The translations under genes were made by a program, and so were the position numbers. A stretch of 64,000 bases of DNA, from positions 32,001 to 96,000 of the forward strand of contig CAVXYC010000020.1 in the NCBI GenBank assembly GCA_963765765.1, written 5' to 3'. The stretch comes from an uncultured Chloroflexia bacterium (GTDB taxonomy: Bacteria > Chloroflexota > UBA6077 > JACCZL01). The notes under the pieces are model-generated. The model saw only the letters and a list, made by a program, of their open reading frames with translations, did no database searches and was not told where the DNA came from. Position 1 is the first letter of the stretch; every line of letters begins with the position of its first letter. Below, in pieces: positions 43,096-54,039 of the stretch.

Positions 43096-43731
43096 GGTGA
43101 ACGTTCGCCCCCGCAACAAGGCTGAGCTCCAGCTTAATCGTGAGAGACTCGGAAGCTCTCGGCGCCGTGATCGAGCAATGGGTCGAATACGAGGCCGAAG
43201 GGCTGTTACCAGCCGAAACTTAGCAACGACGGGTCAATCGACCCGAGACGTCGCGGGAAGCCACGTCGCCGGCACTCGTGCTGCTCGACCTCCGTACGCG
43301 CGTGCCCTGTCAACCAATTTAATCGACATTTGGGGCCAGACTGGTTGGGCTCTCGGTACGGCGGCCGCACTGTGCTGAGCCGATTCGGACGATCACCTAC
43401 GGTTAGACGCTCGGTGCGTGCGGCACAGCCAGTGCCGCCCCAACTTGCCGGCGACAGCGGCTCGGGATCGACGCGTAACTATCGTTCCGATTACTGACCT
43501 TTACTAGACGTAAGACCGGGCTACCGGGGTCCTCATTGGCCATCGGTCTTTCGCGGACCTGACGCAAGAAGGAGAACTGCTAGGGCGAGGCCGGGCGGGC
43601 CAGGAGCATCGCGGATGCGCCGCGCGTCGCGATGGATCCTGCGACCAGGCGCGGCCGAACGGGTATCGACCCATCACCGGCGCGTTTACCGAAGAATGCC
43701 CCCTGGTGGTTGCAAGAGAAGGGGTTCGCAC

Positions 43732-44370
43732 ATGACCTTGATCGTCACGATCCTAACCATCGCGCTGCTCGGTCTCGTTGGAGTTGTAGCCATGGCCGAG
43801 GGGCTGATTCTGTTCTACCAGCAGCAGCGCAAAGGGTCCCGGCCGGCTAGGTCCGACGGCAAAGTTCTAGAAGTTACTCTCCCCGTCGTCGGAAGCCTTA
43901 GCACTACGAATGCGGCGATCGGGCTTATCGCACTCGGATTTGTCTGTCTCGTGAGTGCAACTCAACTGATTCAGCGGCAGCAAGAATTAGAAACGACTCA
44001 GAGGAAGTTGGAGCAATTCGAGCTGGCTGGTGCCGTAACGTCTGATGAATCATTATCGGTCTCCAATAGTGGGGTGCGGCTTGTACGGATAGTGGGCCAG
44101 TTTCTCGTGAGCGATGATGGGCAATACGGTGGCACCGTGACCCCCGATTCGGAGCGCTGGGCCCTATTGGTGCAGTCGCCGGGTCGAATGAGAGGGATGG
44201 CGCTCCAGAGCCTAGAGACTTTGCCAAGGACTAGTCCCATAAATTTGGACGAGCCACTTGACCTGGATGGATTACTGGGACCAGTGGTAACTAGCGAAAA
44301 GCCACCGCCGATAGCACGACCGGAAGTCGCGAGTAAATTCCCCAAGCTTCAAAATTCAGGGGGTGTATAG
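43732..44370 (+). CDS. Hypothetical membrane protein (2 TM helices plus short coiled coil)
   Basis: ORF from ATG 43732. Confidence 0.6.
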   Translation: MTLIVTILTIALLGLVGVVAMAEGLILFYQQQRKGSRPARSDGKVLEVTLPVVGSLSTTNAAIGLIALGFVCLVSATQLIQRQQELETTQRKLEQFELAGAVTSDESLSVSNSGVRLVRIVGQFLVSDDGQYGGTVTPDSERWALLVQSPGRMRGMALQSLETLPRTSPINLDEPLDLDGLLGPVVTSEKPPPIARPEVASKFPKLQNSGGV

Positions 44371-44372
44371 CC

Positions 44373-44708
44373 ATGAGCAAAGTGATCTTGATGCCGTTAG
44401 CATGCTTCCTCGTCATACTCGTAGCTCTGATCTATCCACCAAACGCTTCAGCCGAATCACTGGAAGGAACCATCGTCTCAAGGTCCGGAGTGCCGGTGGC
44501 GGGTCTCACTGTGCAACTAGTCCATCCAGTTTTTGGTCGACGTGTGGATGCGATTACCGACTCATCAGGGCGTTTTCGGTTTATTCAGATACCAGAGACG
44601 GACCAACCATACTCCCTGGAAGTGTATTGGGGTAGCGATCTGGTCTATTGGCAGCCCGCAAGCATTCAGGGTGATGCAGTCATAGTCCAGCCTATTCGAC
44701 TGCCGTAG
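44373..44708 (+). CDS. Secreted carboxypeptidase-regulatory-like domain protein
   Basis: Signal peptide, GVPVAGLTV, TDSSGRFRF. Confidence 0.7.
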   Translation: MSKVILMPLACFLVILVALIYPPNASAESLEGTIVSRSGVPVAGLTVQLVHPVFGRRVDAITDSSGRFRFIQIPETDQPYSLEVYWGSDLVYWQPASIQGDAVIVQPIRLP

Positions 44709-45235
44709 GTTCGGGACGCTCCGGATCTTCGAGTTGAAGGACCCCGCCCGTCTGCGGATCCAGCAGCACCTGGGCTTCGCCAAACTGGCTGTAGGTGATG
44801 CGGGCCGGGGTGTCGACGAAGTTGATAAATCGAGCGTTCGGGATGTCTACGACTCTGGGCCTCCTTGGGTTTCATGCTCGTCGGCGACGGGTGTCTCGGA
44901 CGCTGGACAGACTAGACGGAGTTCGAGGCCCACGGTCCGCCTAATGATGGACCGTAGTAGGTCCCGCCTGTCAGCCGTGATCTCAGGAGTCAGGTGATAC
45001 CTCTGTGCGTGGCCTCACCCGCTCGATGCGCGCGGATCAGCCACCCCGCACCGAACGACGCCAGCCGACTATCCCGACTGATGAGCTGGAGCGGGCGGAG
45101 TGGTGTATCAACGATGTCGAGTACAACGGTGCGACTGCTTCACGGCGTAGCCGGAGATGCCACCGTGCCACGTCAGGCAACGGAGAAGGCTGCGGGATTC
45201 CCGCGGCCTTCGGTCTGTGGGAGATGTCCCGATCG

Positions 45236-45676
45236 CTAGCAGCGCGTCGTGCTGGTGTATCGGTAGCAGGTCGTCGAGCCGCTGAATGACGACGAGCTGG
45301 AGCCGGAGTTCACGGTGCCACTATAGGAGCCGACGTCCATACTGCCGATCCGGGTGCTGCTGGTGCTCGCATTGAAGGAGTCGCCGCCGATGGTTCCGCC
45401 ATAGGAGCCCGATGTGTAGCTGCCGATCCGAGTGGAACTGCCTGAGCCGTAAATTAACTCACCTGATGTCGTGATCCCCGAGAAGCTGTCCGAGGTGTAG
45501 TTGCTGCCGATGCGCGTCTGGCTCCCCGTCACATATGTCCCCGATGGGCTGGAGCAGGAATAGGACGTGTAGCTACTCCCGATCTGGATCTCCGAGCAGC
45601 TCGACTGGGCGAGCGCCGCGGTGGGGGTGACCAGGATCCCGACGAGCAGGAACAAACCGAAGAGCGGGCGTCGCAT
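45236..45676 (-). CDS. Secreted Ser/Gly/Thr-rich repeat protein
   Basis: GGAG RBS, signal peptide (ALA-Q), four (T/I)(R/Q)IGS repeats. Confidence 0.7.
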   Translation of the reverse strand: MRRPLFGLFLLVGILVTPTAALAQSSCSEIQIGSSYTSYSCSSPSGTYVTGSQTRIGSNYTSDSFSGITTSGELIYGSGSSTRIGSYTSGSYGGTIGGDSFNASTSSTRIGSMDVGSYSGTVNSGSSSSSFSGSTTCYRYTSTTRC

Positions 45677-46108
45677 TCTGTCTCCAGCTCCGCGGGCTCG
45701 CGCGCGCACGTAATCCGGGCCAACTGGATGAACTTCCGTGCATCGCAGACGCGCCCTCAGGCCCTCGCACGCACGCGTTATCTGTCTGTAAGCCAGCATT
45801 TGTGCACGACTCTTATGTCTCCCACAGCTCCGCTCCGTGAGTCGATCGTCAGAGAACTGGACCGGGCTGTACCGACTATACTCGTCCGCCACGAGTAACT
45901 CTCTTATGACAACGCGCACCAAATCGACGTCCCGTTCGGATGCGTCGTCGCACCGACCGAGTATTAGTCGGAGCCGGCGCAGCGAGGCAGCGCGTTGCTC
46001 GACTCGGTGACGTGTCGTTGATCGATTGGCCGCACACGACGCCAATCAACCCGGAAGGCTGGAAAGATTAACCAGAGCGCTACGCTGGCCACGGCCGCAC
46101 TGTTCACC

Positions 46109-47668
46109 TTGACGTTGTACTGCGCCAGTGGAATTGGCCGGCTGCTGCTCGGCTCCGCGTCCGTGGGGGGGCCATTTCGTACCACCATCGCCCACTACGT
46201 CGTCGGATCCCTCGCCTATTCGGCACTGTTCGGCCTTGCTTTCCAGTTGAGCATCGGGTTCACTGCCTTCTCCATCCTGGCCGTGTTGACAGGGCTCGTT
46301 GGCCTGGCCACCTGCCTGGTGATAGCGCGGCAGGGCGCCAATCTGGCCACATACCGCTTGGCGCTCGCAGCCGGCGCGGGCCTGGTATTCCTGGTGTGTG
46401 GAGTCACGCCCGCCAATTTGGGCGCAGCCGACTCGTTGCACTACGCGTACATCGTGGCGCGGGTGTTTCATGATGACTGGTTCGCGAGTCGCGTCCCCGT
46501 TATCCCGGACCGCGCCTGGCTCACCGGACTCCTCGAGGAAGGGGCCGTGACGCGCGGGCCAACGGTGGCGCTCCTCTGGCCCTCCGCCGCCCTGGGCGGG
46601 GGGCTCGGCGCCGAGACGGTGACCCAGCTTGGCATGTGGTTCCTGGTTCTGGGGTTCCTTCTCTCGGCGGACGTTCTGGCGGGTAGGGCCCCGTTACTGG
46701 TTTGCTTCATCCTCGCGCTTGGAGGGTTGGGGGCGTTCAATGCGACCTCGATCGTGACCGGGGGACAGCTCAACCAGGCGTTCGCGCTGGCCGCGGCGCT
46801 GGCCGCGGTCTGGATCTGCCGCCACGCATCGGACCGGCGAGCCGGCTCGTGACATTGTTTCTGGCCGGCAATGTCATCGCCGGTGGCTACCCCGAATTTC
46901 TGCTGGCCGTGCCCGTCTATCTCGCCTGCGCCGCGCTCGTCAAACCGGGACCATTCCGTGCCCGAATCGCGGACATCGCCATCTTCGCGCTGGGCGCCGC
47001 GGTCGTGCTAGGTACCACGAGGCTGGGGATCATTCGATACCTCCTCTATCAGCGCTCCGCCGCTCCCGGCTGGTCACCCCTGCCCAACGCCCCCGCGGAC
47101 GCGACGGACGCATGGAGGATTATGCTTTTCCAAAATATCCAGACTCTGGTGGATGCTACCTGCCGCGCTGGTCGCGGGCCTGTTCGTAATGCACGCCATG
47201 CGTCGCCGGGTGACTCCTGCAGCCGGGTGGCCCCTGGCGTGCCTGGTGAGTGTTGGTGTGACAGTGATGCTCGGGATCTGGTCCTGGGCGCTCATGGGCG
47301 CCGGCAACGGCAACTATGCGACCTTCAAACTCGGTGGCTGGCTCGGGCCTGGCCTGGTTCTGTTTGGGTGGCTGCTTGTGGGATACACTCGTCGGCCCGT
47401 GCAACCCCTTCTCGCAGCGCTCATTCTCACGGCCGCACTCGTCCGCGGCGCTGACCTCGCGATATCCGTTCAGGAGCAGGCCGCGACGTTCAGCTCGCGC
47501 GACCGCGAACGGCCAACCTGGCGGGTCCGCGACGCAACCGCGGCAGGCGTGCCGTGCACGCTGGAGCTTCGTTCCGATCGCGCCCAGGATCTCATGCGCG
47601 CCGCATCGCAGTCGGCAGCGCCCGTGCGCGGGTGTGAGGTGATCGTCCGGGCCACGCCGGCTGGGTGA
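46109..47668 (+). CDS. Polytopic membrane protein (GT-C-like?), split by indels
   Basis: Three consecutive hydrophobic ORFs; AADSLHY loop, GYPEF, YATFK. Confidence 0.5.
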
Positions 47669-48002
47669 AGCGCGCGGACGCGCGCGGCGCGACCAGCGCA
47701 CCGAGCCGCAGACTGTGACTACCTGCCGGGCCGCCAGCGATCGATTGGGCCAGTCCACAGGCCGGACAACAGCGCGGGTGATCCCGCTGCAGGTCGGGCT
47801 CGAAAGCTGCGCTGGGTGGCCGTCACCAGGCCGCTCAGGACCGCCGGTACCACCGCGTGCCTGACGGGTTTCTGCTAACGAACGGTCCGAATCGCTCCTA
47901 TGCCAGATCGCGGGTTGATGGCGTAGTTGCTTCCCGTCACTTTACTCACGAAGCGAGCACGTTGAAGCCGCCGTTCTGGAAGGCTTCTAACTCGGACCGG
48001 GC

Positions 48003-48326
48003 CTATGCACGGCCGAGCGCATGCGTAGTGCGCGCGCAAACTGCCCCAATGATCACCCGGGCTGGGAGCGTCGCCAGGCGGAGAGCGGATCGTCCGAGTC
48101 TCCTTGGCCACTCCGACCACGGGAAAGCCGCTGGGCGAACCGTTGGAGCCTGCGGACGTTGTCGGGTTAACAACGGCACGAGATCATCCAGGCTTCTCGA
48201 CGCGCTCGTCAAAAGAAGCGAGCGCCGCGGCTGAGTCAGGGAATTTCGACTGGCACACTGTACCGCCAGCCGTGCGGCGGTCAGGCGCGTGAGGACCGTA
48301 TTGAGCTCATCGTCAGTGAGGTTCAT
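48003..48326 (-). CDS. Hypothetical small helical protein
   Basis: GGAGG RBS before ATG 48326. Confidence 0.5.
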   Translation of the reverse strand: MNLTDDELNTVLTRLTAARLAVQCASRNSLTQPRRSLLLTSASRSLDDLVPLLTRQRPQAPTVRPAAFPWSEWPRRLGRSALRLATLPARVIIGAVCARTTHALGRA

Positions 48327-48632
48327 TGAAACATCCTCCGCGTCATTCCAGTTCTACAGTGATTAGTGCACTGTCTGTGCCGAACACCACTGATTTAGAC
48401 ACCCCCCGCGCATGCGAAACGGAGCAGCGCGGCTCAATCCAACTGGACATTGAAACGGTCTGTGAGCCTGACAGCACGGAACGTGAGACGGCACGAACGG
48501 TGACCGGGCAGCTCAAGCGACACTCCCAAGTACGCAGCGAACATCACGCCGTAAGCTGCTTCAGGTGTACAGAGCTGTGGCTCGCGGAAGGGTCAGCCAA
48601 CTGGCTTGAGCCTCGGAAGAGACCCTTGTCTG

Positions 48633-48703
48633 GTAGGACAGGCCTCTCTACCTGTCCAGTGAATGCGGAGTCCATCCTGAGCAGGCAGAGAGGCCTGCCC
48701 CAC
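48633..48703. repeat. GTAG-type REP doublet
   Basis: GTAGGACAGGCCTCTCTACCTGTCC and inverted GAGCAGGCAGAGAGGCCTGCCCCAC. Confidence 0.65.
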
Positions 48704-48889
48704 TGCCCCCGAAGACTTGACTGAACCTATTTCAGCTCACCTTTTGTCAATCGTCTTGCCGGGGAATGGCAATTGAGACTGCTTGACATCCTCGGTTGCC
48801 CATGTGAGCCCAGCCCCTGTTGCCACACCATCACCGTTCCTCATGATGCAAGTCAGCACGCTCCAGAGCTGGCGAAGTAGGAGGACTAT

Positions 48890-49683
48890 ATGAAACTCGT
48901 CAGCCTTGTGCTGTCCATTCTGATCACCGCCGGAGCACTTGTACCGGCCGACAAAGTACTTGGCCAGCCGGGCGTTTCCCAGTTCTGGTCAGGGAGAATC
49001 GGTTCGAAGGCGAGCCGCCACCTGCCGATGCCGAGATCATCAATCTGGTGCTCGATTTCGCGCCCGGAGTGTGGCTTCCGCTTCACATCCATAGCGGGCT
49101 GGGCTACGCCAGCGTCCTTCAGGGAACAATGACACGGCGCGTGGACGGAGCAGCTCGCACGTTCGGCGTTGGCGAAGGCTGGGTGGATAGAGCGGACGTT
49201 CCTCACCAGGCCGGCAATGACGCCACCGTACCGGCGCGCATCCTGGCCACGTTCGTCATACCTAGAGGAACGACACTCACAAAGATACTCGAGAATGATG
49301 CCACGGCTCCCGGCGCCACGACGTTCGCCGAGCTCCGAATGGATGCTACCGACCTGCCGTCGCCGCTCGACCTTGTCCATCGGGTCGTGAAGCTCGGTGC
49401 GGGCCTCGAGGTGCCCGCCCACAGCCATGAGGGCATCACCGTGGTGAGCGTTCTCAACGGCAATGGAAATTTCGAAGAGAATGGCACCTCGCGGGAGGTG
49501 GCCACAGGGGTGAGTTGGGCGGACTCGGCCAATACCGCAGACACCGAGACGCTCGTGACCAGTGCACCGGTCGAGCTCGCGACCACGCATCTTTTGCCAC
49601 ATGGGGCAGCGCTTATGGCCCCGGTGGCGGTAGCTGTGCCCGCACGCTTCCCGGCGCCGGTGCAGCTTCCCGGGACGCGGTAA
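48890..49683 (+). CDS. Secreted tandem-cupin protein (indel at ~49000)
   Basis: GGAGG RBS and signal peptide; PLHIHSG...H and PAHSHEG cupin motifs. Confidence 0.75.
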
Positions 49684-49832
49684 ACCGCTCGGAGTGTCGT
49701 TGCCCACGGTGTGTAAAGCAAGCCGAACATCGGCTGAGGATGGGTGTTGTCGCCGCGAGGACCCTCGCGGCGACGGATTTGAAGCTGCTACCGCATCGAT
49801 CTGATGCTGATCCTACCTGGCCTTGATGGCGG

Positions 49833-49988
49833 CTAACCCTTTGAGCTACTGCCTTCAGATTGCGGTTTTGACCGCGTCTGGTTCTGCGAGCCTCCTTTCC
49901 GTTTGATCTTGTCGGCCTTGGGATCACGCGGTGCGCCCTGCTTGGGGGAGTCCATCTTGCTCACTTCAAGCTGTCCTTTTTTGACCAT
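49833..49988 (-). CDS. 51-aa basic hydrophilic small protein (below the ORF-track cutoff)
   Basis: AAGGA RBS; MVKKGQLEVSKMDSPKQGAPRDPKADKIKRKGGSQNQTRSKPQSEGSSSKG*. Confidence 0.5.
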   Translation of the reverse strand: MVKKGQLEVSKMDSPKQGAPRDPKADKIKRKGGSQNQTRSKPQSEGSSSKG

Positions 49989-50024
49989 GAGACCGTTCCT
50001 TGTGGGAAAGAGTAGTGCTAGTGA

Positions 50025-50342
50025 TCAAACTCTGTTTTGACCGGATGGGGCTGCGCCTGGAGCGGGCTCGGGCGTCCTGGCGCAGTTCCCGCAGCAGTAC
50101 GCTCGGTTTTCGACGGTTGTCATTGTCGATTGATCCACGATCGGCACTCCGCAACGAGCACAATTGGGATCTTCGTCATGAGACAATGTGCGCGGATCAG
50201 AGCCCGATCCGTGCTGCTCCATCGCCTCGGCGCAATTCGTGCAGCAGTAGACGAGATCACTGTGGATGACCCGAGTGGTGGGATCATGAATGAGCGCTCC
50301 GCAATGAGCGCATTCTGTATCAGTGCTGGTAGTCATAGGCAT
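50025..50342 (-). CDS. Tandem metal-binding (TRASH/metallothionein-like) protein
   Basis: Two repeats of CxxC-x18-CCxxC. Confidence 0.75.
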   Translation of the reverse strand: MPMTTSTDTECAHCGALIHDPTTRVIHSDLVYCCTNCAEAMEQHGSGSDPRTLSHDEDPNCARCGVPIVDQSTMTTVENRAYCCGNCARTPEPAPGAAPSGQNRV

Positions 50343-50486
50343 CACCGTTGGGAGCGTGTGGGCTTTATCGCCTCGCAGGTGACGTGCAGGTGTCATGCCA
50401 GGTCACCAAAGGGGGTGCACCGCCACAAGCTCTGCATTGCTTACCCGCGCAAGGTATGCGGGCTGCTCAACGGTACCCCAGCTCAG

Positions 50487-51053
50487 CTACTCCCTCGAGG
50501 GCTGATAGGTCTGGCTCACGACGCCGTTGGCAAACGATCGGGTGTCCGTTAGCTGCAAGACGGTCTTGTTTGGCGACTCCGGGAACACTCGAAGGCCACT
50601 GCCAAGAATGACCGGGAAAATCATGAATCGATACTCGTCCACTAGGTCGTTGTGCATGAGTGTATGAACGAGGGTCCGGCTGCCTGCCACGAGAATCGAC
50701 CCACCATCCGATCGCTTCACTCGTTTGATCTCATCAATGACGTCGCCGCTGATGACGGTGGAGTTATTCCACTCAGGGTTCTTCAACGTGGTTGAGACAA
50801 CCTGCTTCGGCATGAAGTTCATCTTGTCAGCGAACTCACCCGTTTGCTCCGACCACCCTTCGAGGAATGATTCGTAGGTGATCCTGCCAATGAGCAACGA
50901 TTCCGCCTCGAGCGTCTCATGCATCTTGAAGTCGATCTGCTCGGGCCCCATGTAATCAATCGCCCAGCCCGTGTGTGGATAATTCGGTTCGCCGCCGGGT
51001 GCTTCCATCACGCCGTCCACCGAGACGAGCTCGGTCACGATAAGTTTTCTCAT
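50487..51053 (-). CDS. Dihydrofolate reductase-like (RibD C-terminal) protein
   Basis: SVDGVMEAP, LIGRITY, GSRTL, PVILGSG. Confidence 0.9.
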   Translation of the reverse strand: MRKLIVTELVSVDGVMEAPGGEPNYPHTGWAIDYMGPEQIDFKMHETLEAESLLIGRITYESFLEGWSEQTGEFADKMNFMPKQVVSTTLKNPEWNNSTVISGDVIDEIKRVKRSDGGSILVAGSRTLVHTLMHNDLVDEYRFMIFPVILGSGLRVFPESPNKTVLQLTDTRSFANGVVSQTYQPSRE

Positions 51054-51538
51054 TGATTCCCCTCTGTCTGCATCTCGGCCACAAGGTCGGCAAGCTGATC
51101 GAGACCTGAGCCAGTGCCCTCCTCGAATCCTCCGCCAACATGCGCATTCTTCATGGCGATGGAGTCAAATATCGTCTGGATAACCAGCGTCGTCTGGTCA
51201 CCGTACTCATCAAAGGTGACCGTTACGATCATCCGTCCCGCGCCGGGAGACTCGAATCCGTTGTCGTACACAATCTTTCGGTCGGGAACGATCTCGAGAT
51301 ACTGGCCGCCAAACGGCGTGTTCGTCTGCCCCTCCGGTCCGGTCATCTGAAACCGAAATTTCCCGCCCACCCGGAAGTCCATCTCACACATCGTCACGGG
51401 CCAGCCACGCGGACCGAACCACCTCATGATGTGCTCGGGCGTGCTGTAAGCCTTGAACAGGAGCCGAGCCGGCGCATCGAACACCCGAGTGATAATGATC
51501 TCCCGTTGCGCCTCGGGCTCGGTCGCGTTCCTACTCAT
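51050..51538 (-). CDS. SRPBCC (AHSA1-like) protein
   Basis: ITRVFDAP, RWFGP, MDFRVGG. Confidence 0.9.
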   Translation of the reverse strand: MSRNATEPEAQREIIITRVFDAPARLLFKAYSTPEHIMRWFGPRGWPVTMCEMDFRVGGKFRFQMTGPEGQTNTPFGGQYLEIVPDRKIVYDNGFESPGAGRMIVTVTFDEYGDQTTLVIQTIFDSIAMKNAHVGGGFEEGTGSGLDQLADLVAEMQTEGNQ

Positions 51539-51875
51539 TGGCAGCCCCTTGCTCATTCCGCCGCAGCTCCTGCACATACACTTCGAGCTGGTCCAGGCTC
51601 TCCTCCCAGAAGCGTCGGTAGTCATCGATCCATTGAGCGGCGCCCGCGAGTGGCGCCGCGTTCAGGTGCACCGGCCGGGATTGAGCGATGCGGCCACGTG
51701 AAACCAAGCCGGCGGCTTCGAGCACTTTCAGGTGCTTCGAAATCGCCGGCTGACTCAGGCCAAACGGCGCCACAAGCTCATTCACCGTCGCATCCCCGAT
51801 CGTTAGGCGCTCGAGGATCGCTCGCCTGGTGGGATCGGCCAGTGCCGCGAAGACGTGATCGAGCTCTACGGTCAT
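51531..51875 (-). CDS. ArsR/SmtB family regulator
   Basis: FAALADPTRRAIL, SQPAISKHLKVLE. Confidence 0.93.
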   Translation of the reverse strand: MTVELDHVFAALADPTRRAILERLTIGDATVNELVAPFGLSQPAISKHLKVLEAAGLVSRGRIAQSRPVHLNAAPLAGAAQWIDDYRRFWEESLDQLEVYVQELRRNEQGAANE

Positions 51876-52141
51876 TATTCATCACCAAATATTTATATAA
51901 CCAACTAGAGATTAACAGGCTCTGGCAATCGGCGCAAGGGAAACATACAGAAGCCCCCTGCGATCAGTCGCTTTGGCTTCTACCGGCCGGCCCTGGCCCA
52001 GGCCCTGCGGCATTCGTACCTGTCATTTCACTCGTAGCTGGTCGGTGCGATCCTGCGGCTGATTCGAGGCCAGTAGCGATCTGGAGGGTCGGCGGAGTCG
52101 CCAGATCGGTAGTACGATAGTGAGCGTTCGGGAGTAGAGCG

Positions 52142-53215
52142 ATGCCCATTGTCGACGCCGATACGCACATTGATGAAACCGAGCGAACCTGGATGTTTGC
52201 GCGGCCCGAGGAAGCGCCGCTCATGCCCATCACGGTGACGCCGCCGGAGACCCAGTCGTTCGTGCCGGGCGATGCGCGCGCCCATCGTCTGTGGATGTAC
52301 TCAGGAGAATTCCGACTGCGTCGCTTTCGAGATGACGCTCGGACAGGGACAACCCAAGCGACGCGCGAGCTACTGGACGTGCCGGCGAGGCTTCGCCAGA
52401 TGGACGAGCTAGGCGTGGATATTCAGGTCATCTATCCCACGCTCTTCCTGTCCGCGCCCAGCGCGAGGCCTGAGGTGGAGCTGGCGTTGTTTCGGAGCTA
52501 CAACCGCTGGCTCGCCGAGGTGACGAAGGAATCAGGCGGCCGTCTTCGCTGGGTGGCCATGGTGCCTCAACTGAGTATGGACGCGGCCATCGATGAGATC
52601 CGATTTGCCAAAGACAACGGCGCCTGTGGACTGCTCAAGAAAGGCATTGAGTGTGGCGACCGCGTGGCCAGCGACCCGTACTTTCATCCTGTGTACGAGG
52701 AGGCCGAGCGCCTCGAACTGCCGATCTGTATTCACACCGGCAACGGCGATCCAAGCAAGCCCGATACCTCGGCCACGTTTCGGACAGCACCCCAACGCGT
52801 GTCACTTCCGGTACTCGCCGCATTTAGCTCGCTGATCATCGATCGAGTTCCGGAGAAATTTCCTGCGCTCCGCTTCGGCTTCATCGAGGCAGGCGCGTCG
52901 TGGATCCCCTACCTCATCCATGATCTTCAGGCAAAAGCTTCACGGCAGGGCTCCATCAACCTGAGTCTGCGAGACGATCTCCTGCGAGCGAGTCGCTTTT
53001 ATGTCACGTGCGACACGATGGATGATTTGCCTTACATCTTGAGTTACGGCGCCGAAGACAGCCTCATGGTTGGCTCAGACTACGGCCACGCCGACCAATC
53101 AGCCGAAATCGACGCACCGAAGAACATCTTACGCATGGCTGATGCGGGTCGCTTCAGCCATGATGTGGCATCGAAGATCGTGGACACTAACGCGCGGCGG
53201 TTCTACGGACTGTAA
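52142..53215 (+). CDS. Amidohydrolase_2 family protein
   Basis: DADTH, ICIHTG, IEAG, GSDYGH. Confidence 0.9.
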   Translation: MPIVDADTHIDETERTWMFARPEEAPLMPITVTPPETQSFVPGDARAHRLWMYSGEFRLRRFRDDARTGTTQATRELLDVPARLRQMDELGVDIQVIYPTLFLSAPSARPEVELALFRSYNRWLAEVTKESGGRLRWVAMVPQLSMDAAIDEIRFAKDNGACGLLKKGIECGDRVASDPYFHPVYEEAERLELPICIHTGNGDPSKPDTSATFRTAPQRVSLPVLAAFSSLIIDRVPEKFPALRFGFIEAGASWIPYLIHDLQAKASRQGSINLSLRDDLLRASRFYVTCDTMDDLPYILSYGAEDSLMVGSDYGHADQSAEIDAPKNILRMADAGRFSHDVASKIVDTNARRFYGL

Positions 53216-53370
53216 TCTGGGTATCCACCCGGCGCGATATCTCATTGACGATTAGGCCGCTGAACAGTGGGACTTGGGACTGTGGGCCCGCGGTTGGTAC
53301 CCGTCAAGGATCCTTGGGGAGCTTTCATTCAGAAGGTTATGGATCTTCGCTTCTAGAGTCGGGCGTGTAG

Positions 53371-54030
53371 GTGACTTGTCCCGACGGCGCTGGTGTCGAA
53401 ATCGTTGCGCAAACGCCGCCGAGGCGCGGGCGCTCACAGGCGCGGACGTATACTCCGCCCGTGACAACCGCAGGCTTCCCGGACCCGGGCCGCCCCGACT
53501 TCTGCGCCCGATGCGCGTCCAGGCTGGCTGAGGTGGAGCGAGGCGGACGACTCCGGCCTACCTGTCCCGCGTGTGGCTGGGTCTACTACGCAAAGCCAGC
53601 GATGGGCGCAGCGGTGCTCGTGATGCGCGGTGACCAGGTCCTTATGGTCCAACGAGCGCATCAGCCATTTCGCGGCCAGTGGATGCTTCCGGCCGGCTTC
53701 GTCGAATATGGCGAGTTCGCGGAGGACACCGCCGTTCGGGAGTCGCTCGAGGAAACAGGACTGATTGTTCGCCTTGATGGATTCTTCGGCCTGTATTTCG
53801 GTACTGACGATCCGCGCAACGTCTCGCACCTGGCCGTGTACCACGCCATCGTTGAAGGCGGTGCGCTGAACGCGGGCGACGATGCCGCCGACGCGCGCTT
53901 TTTCAGCCTGGATGGACCTACCGGAAAAATCGCCTTCAAGACGCATCGTCGAGCGCTGGCCGATTTACTGCGGCTGCGCCAGAACGAGCATGCATCGGGC
54001 TCGATCGACGTTGATCGGAGGTCAGAATAA
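53371..54030 (+). CDS. NUDIX hydrolase with N-terminal zinc ribbon
   Basis: FCARC...CPACG; GFVEYGE...AVRESLEETG; start uncertain. Confidence 0.88.
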   Translation: MTCPDGAGVEIVAQTPPRRGRSQARTYTPPVTTAGFPDPGRPDFCARCASRLAEVERGGRLRPTCPACGWVYYAKPAMGAAVLVMRGDQVLMVQRAHQPFRGQWMLPAGFVEYGEFAEDTAVRESLEETGLIVRLDGFFGLYFGTDDPRNVSHLAVYHAIVEGGALNAGDDAADARFFSLDGPTGKIAFKTHRRALADLLRLRQNEHASGSIDVDRRSE

Positions 54031-54039
54031 CTGGGAGCA

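Larger units (their letters stand above)
40212..48400. mobile_element. Decayed genomic island integrated at tRNA-Leu (right boundary not defined)
   Basis: Integrase abutting the tRNA 3' end, mosaic base composition, fragmentary cargo; no attR found. Confidence 0.5.
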
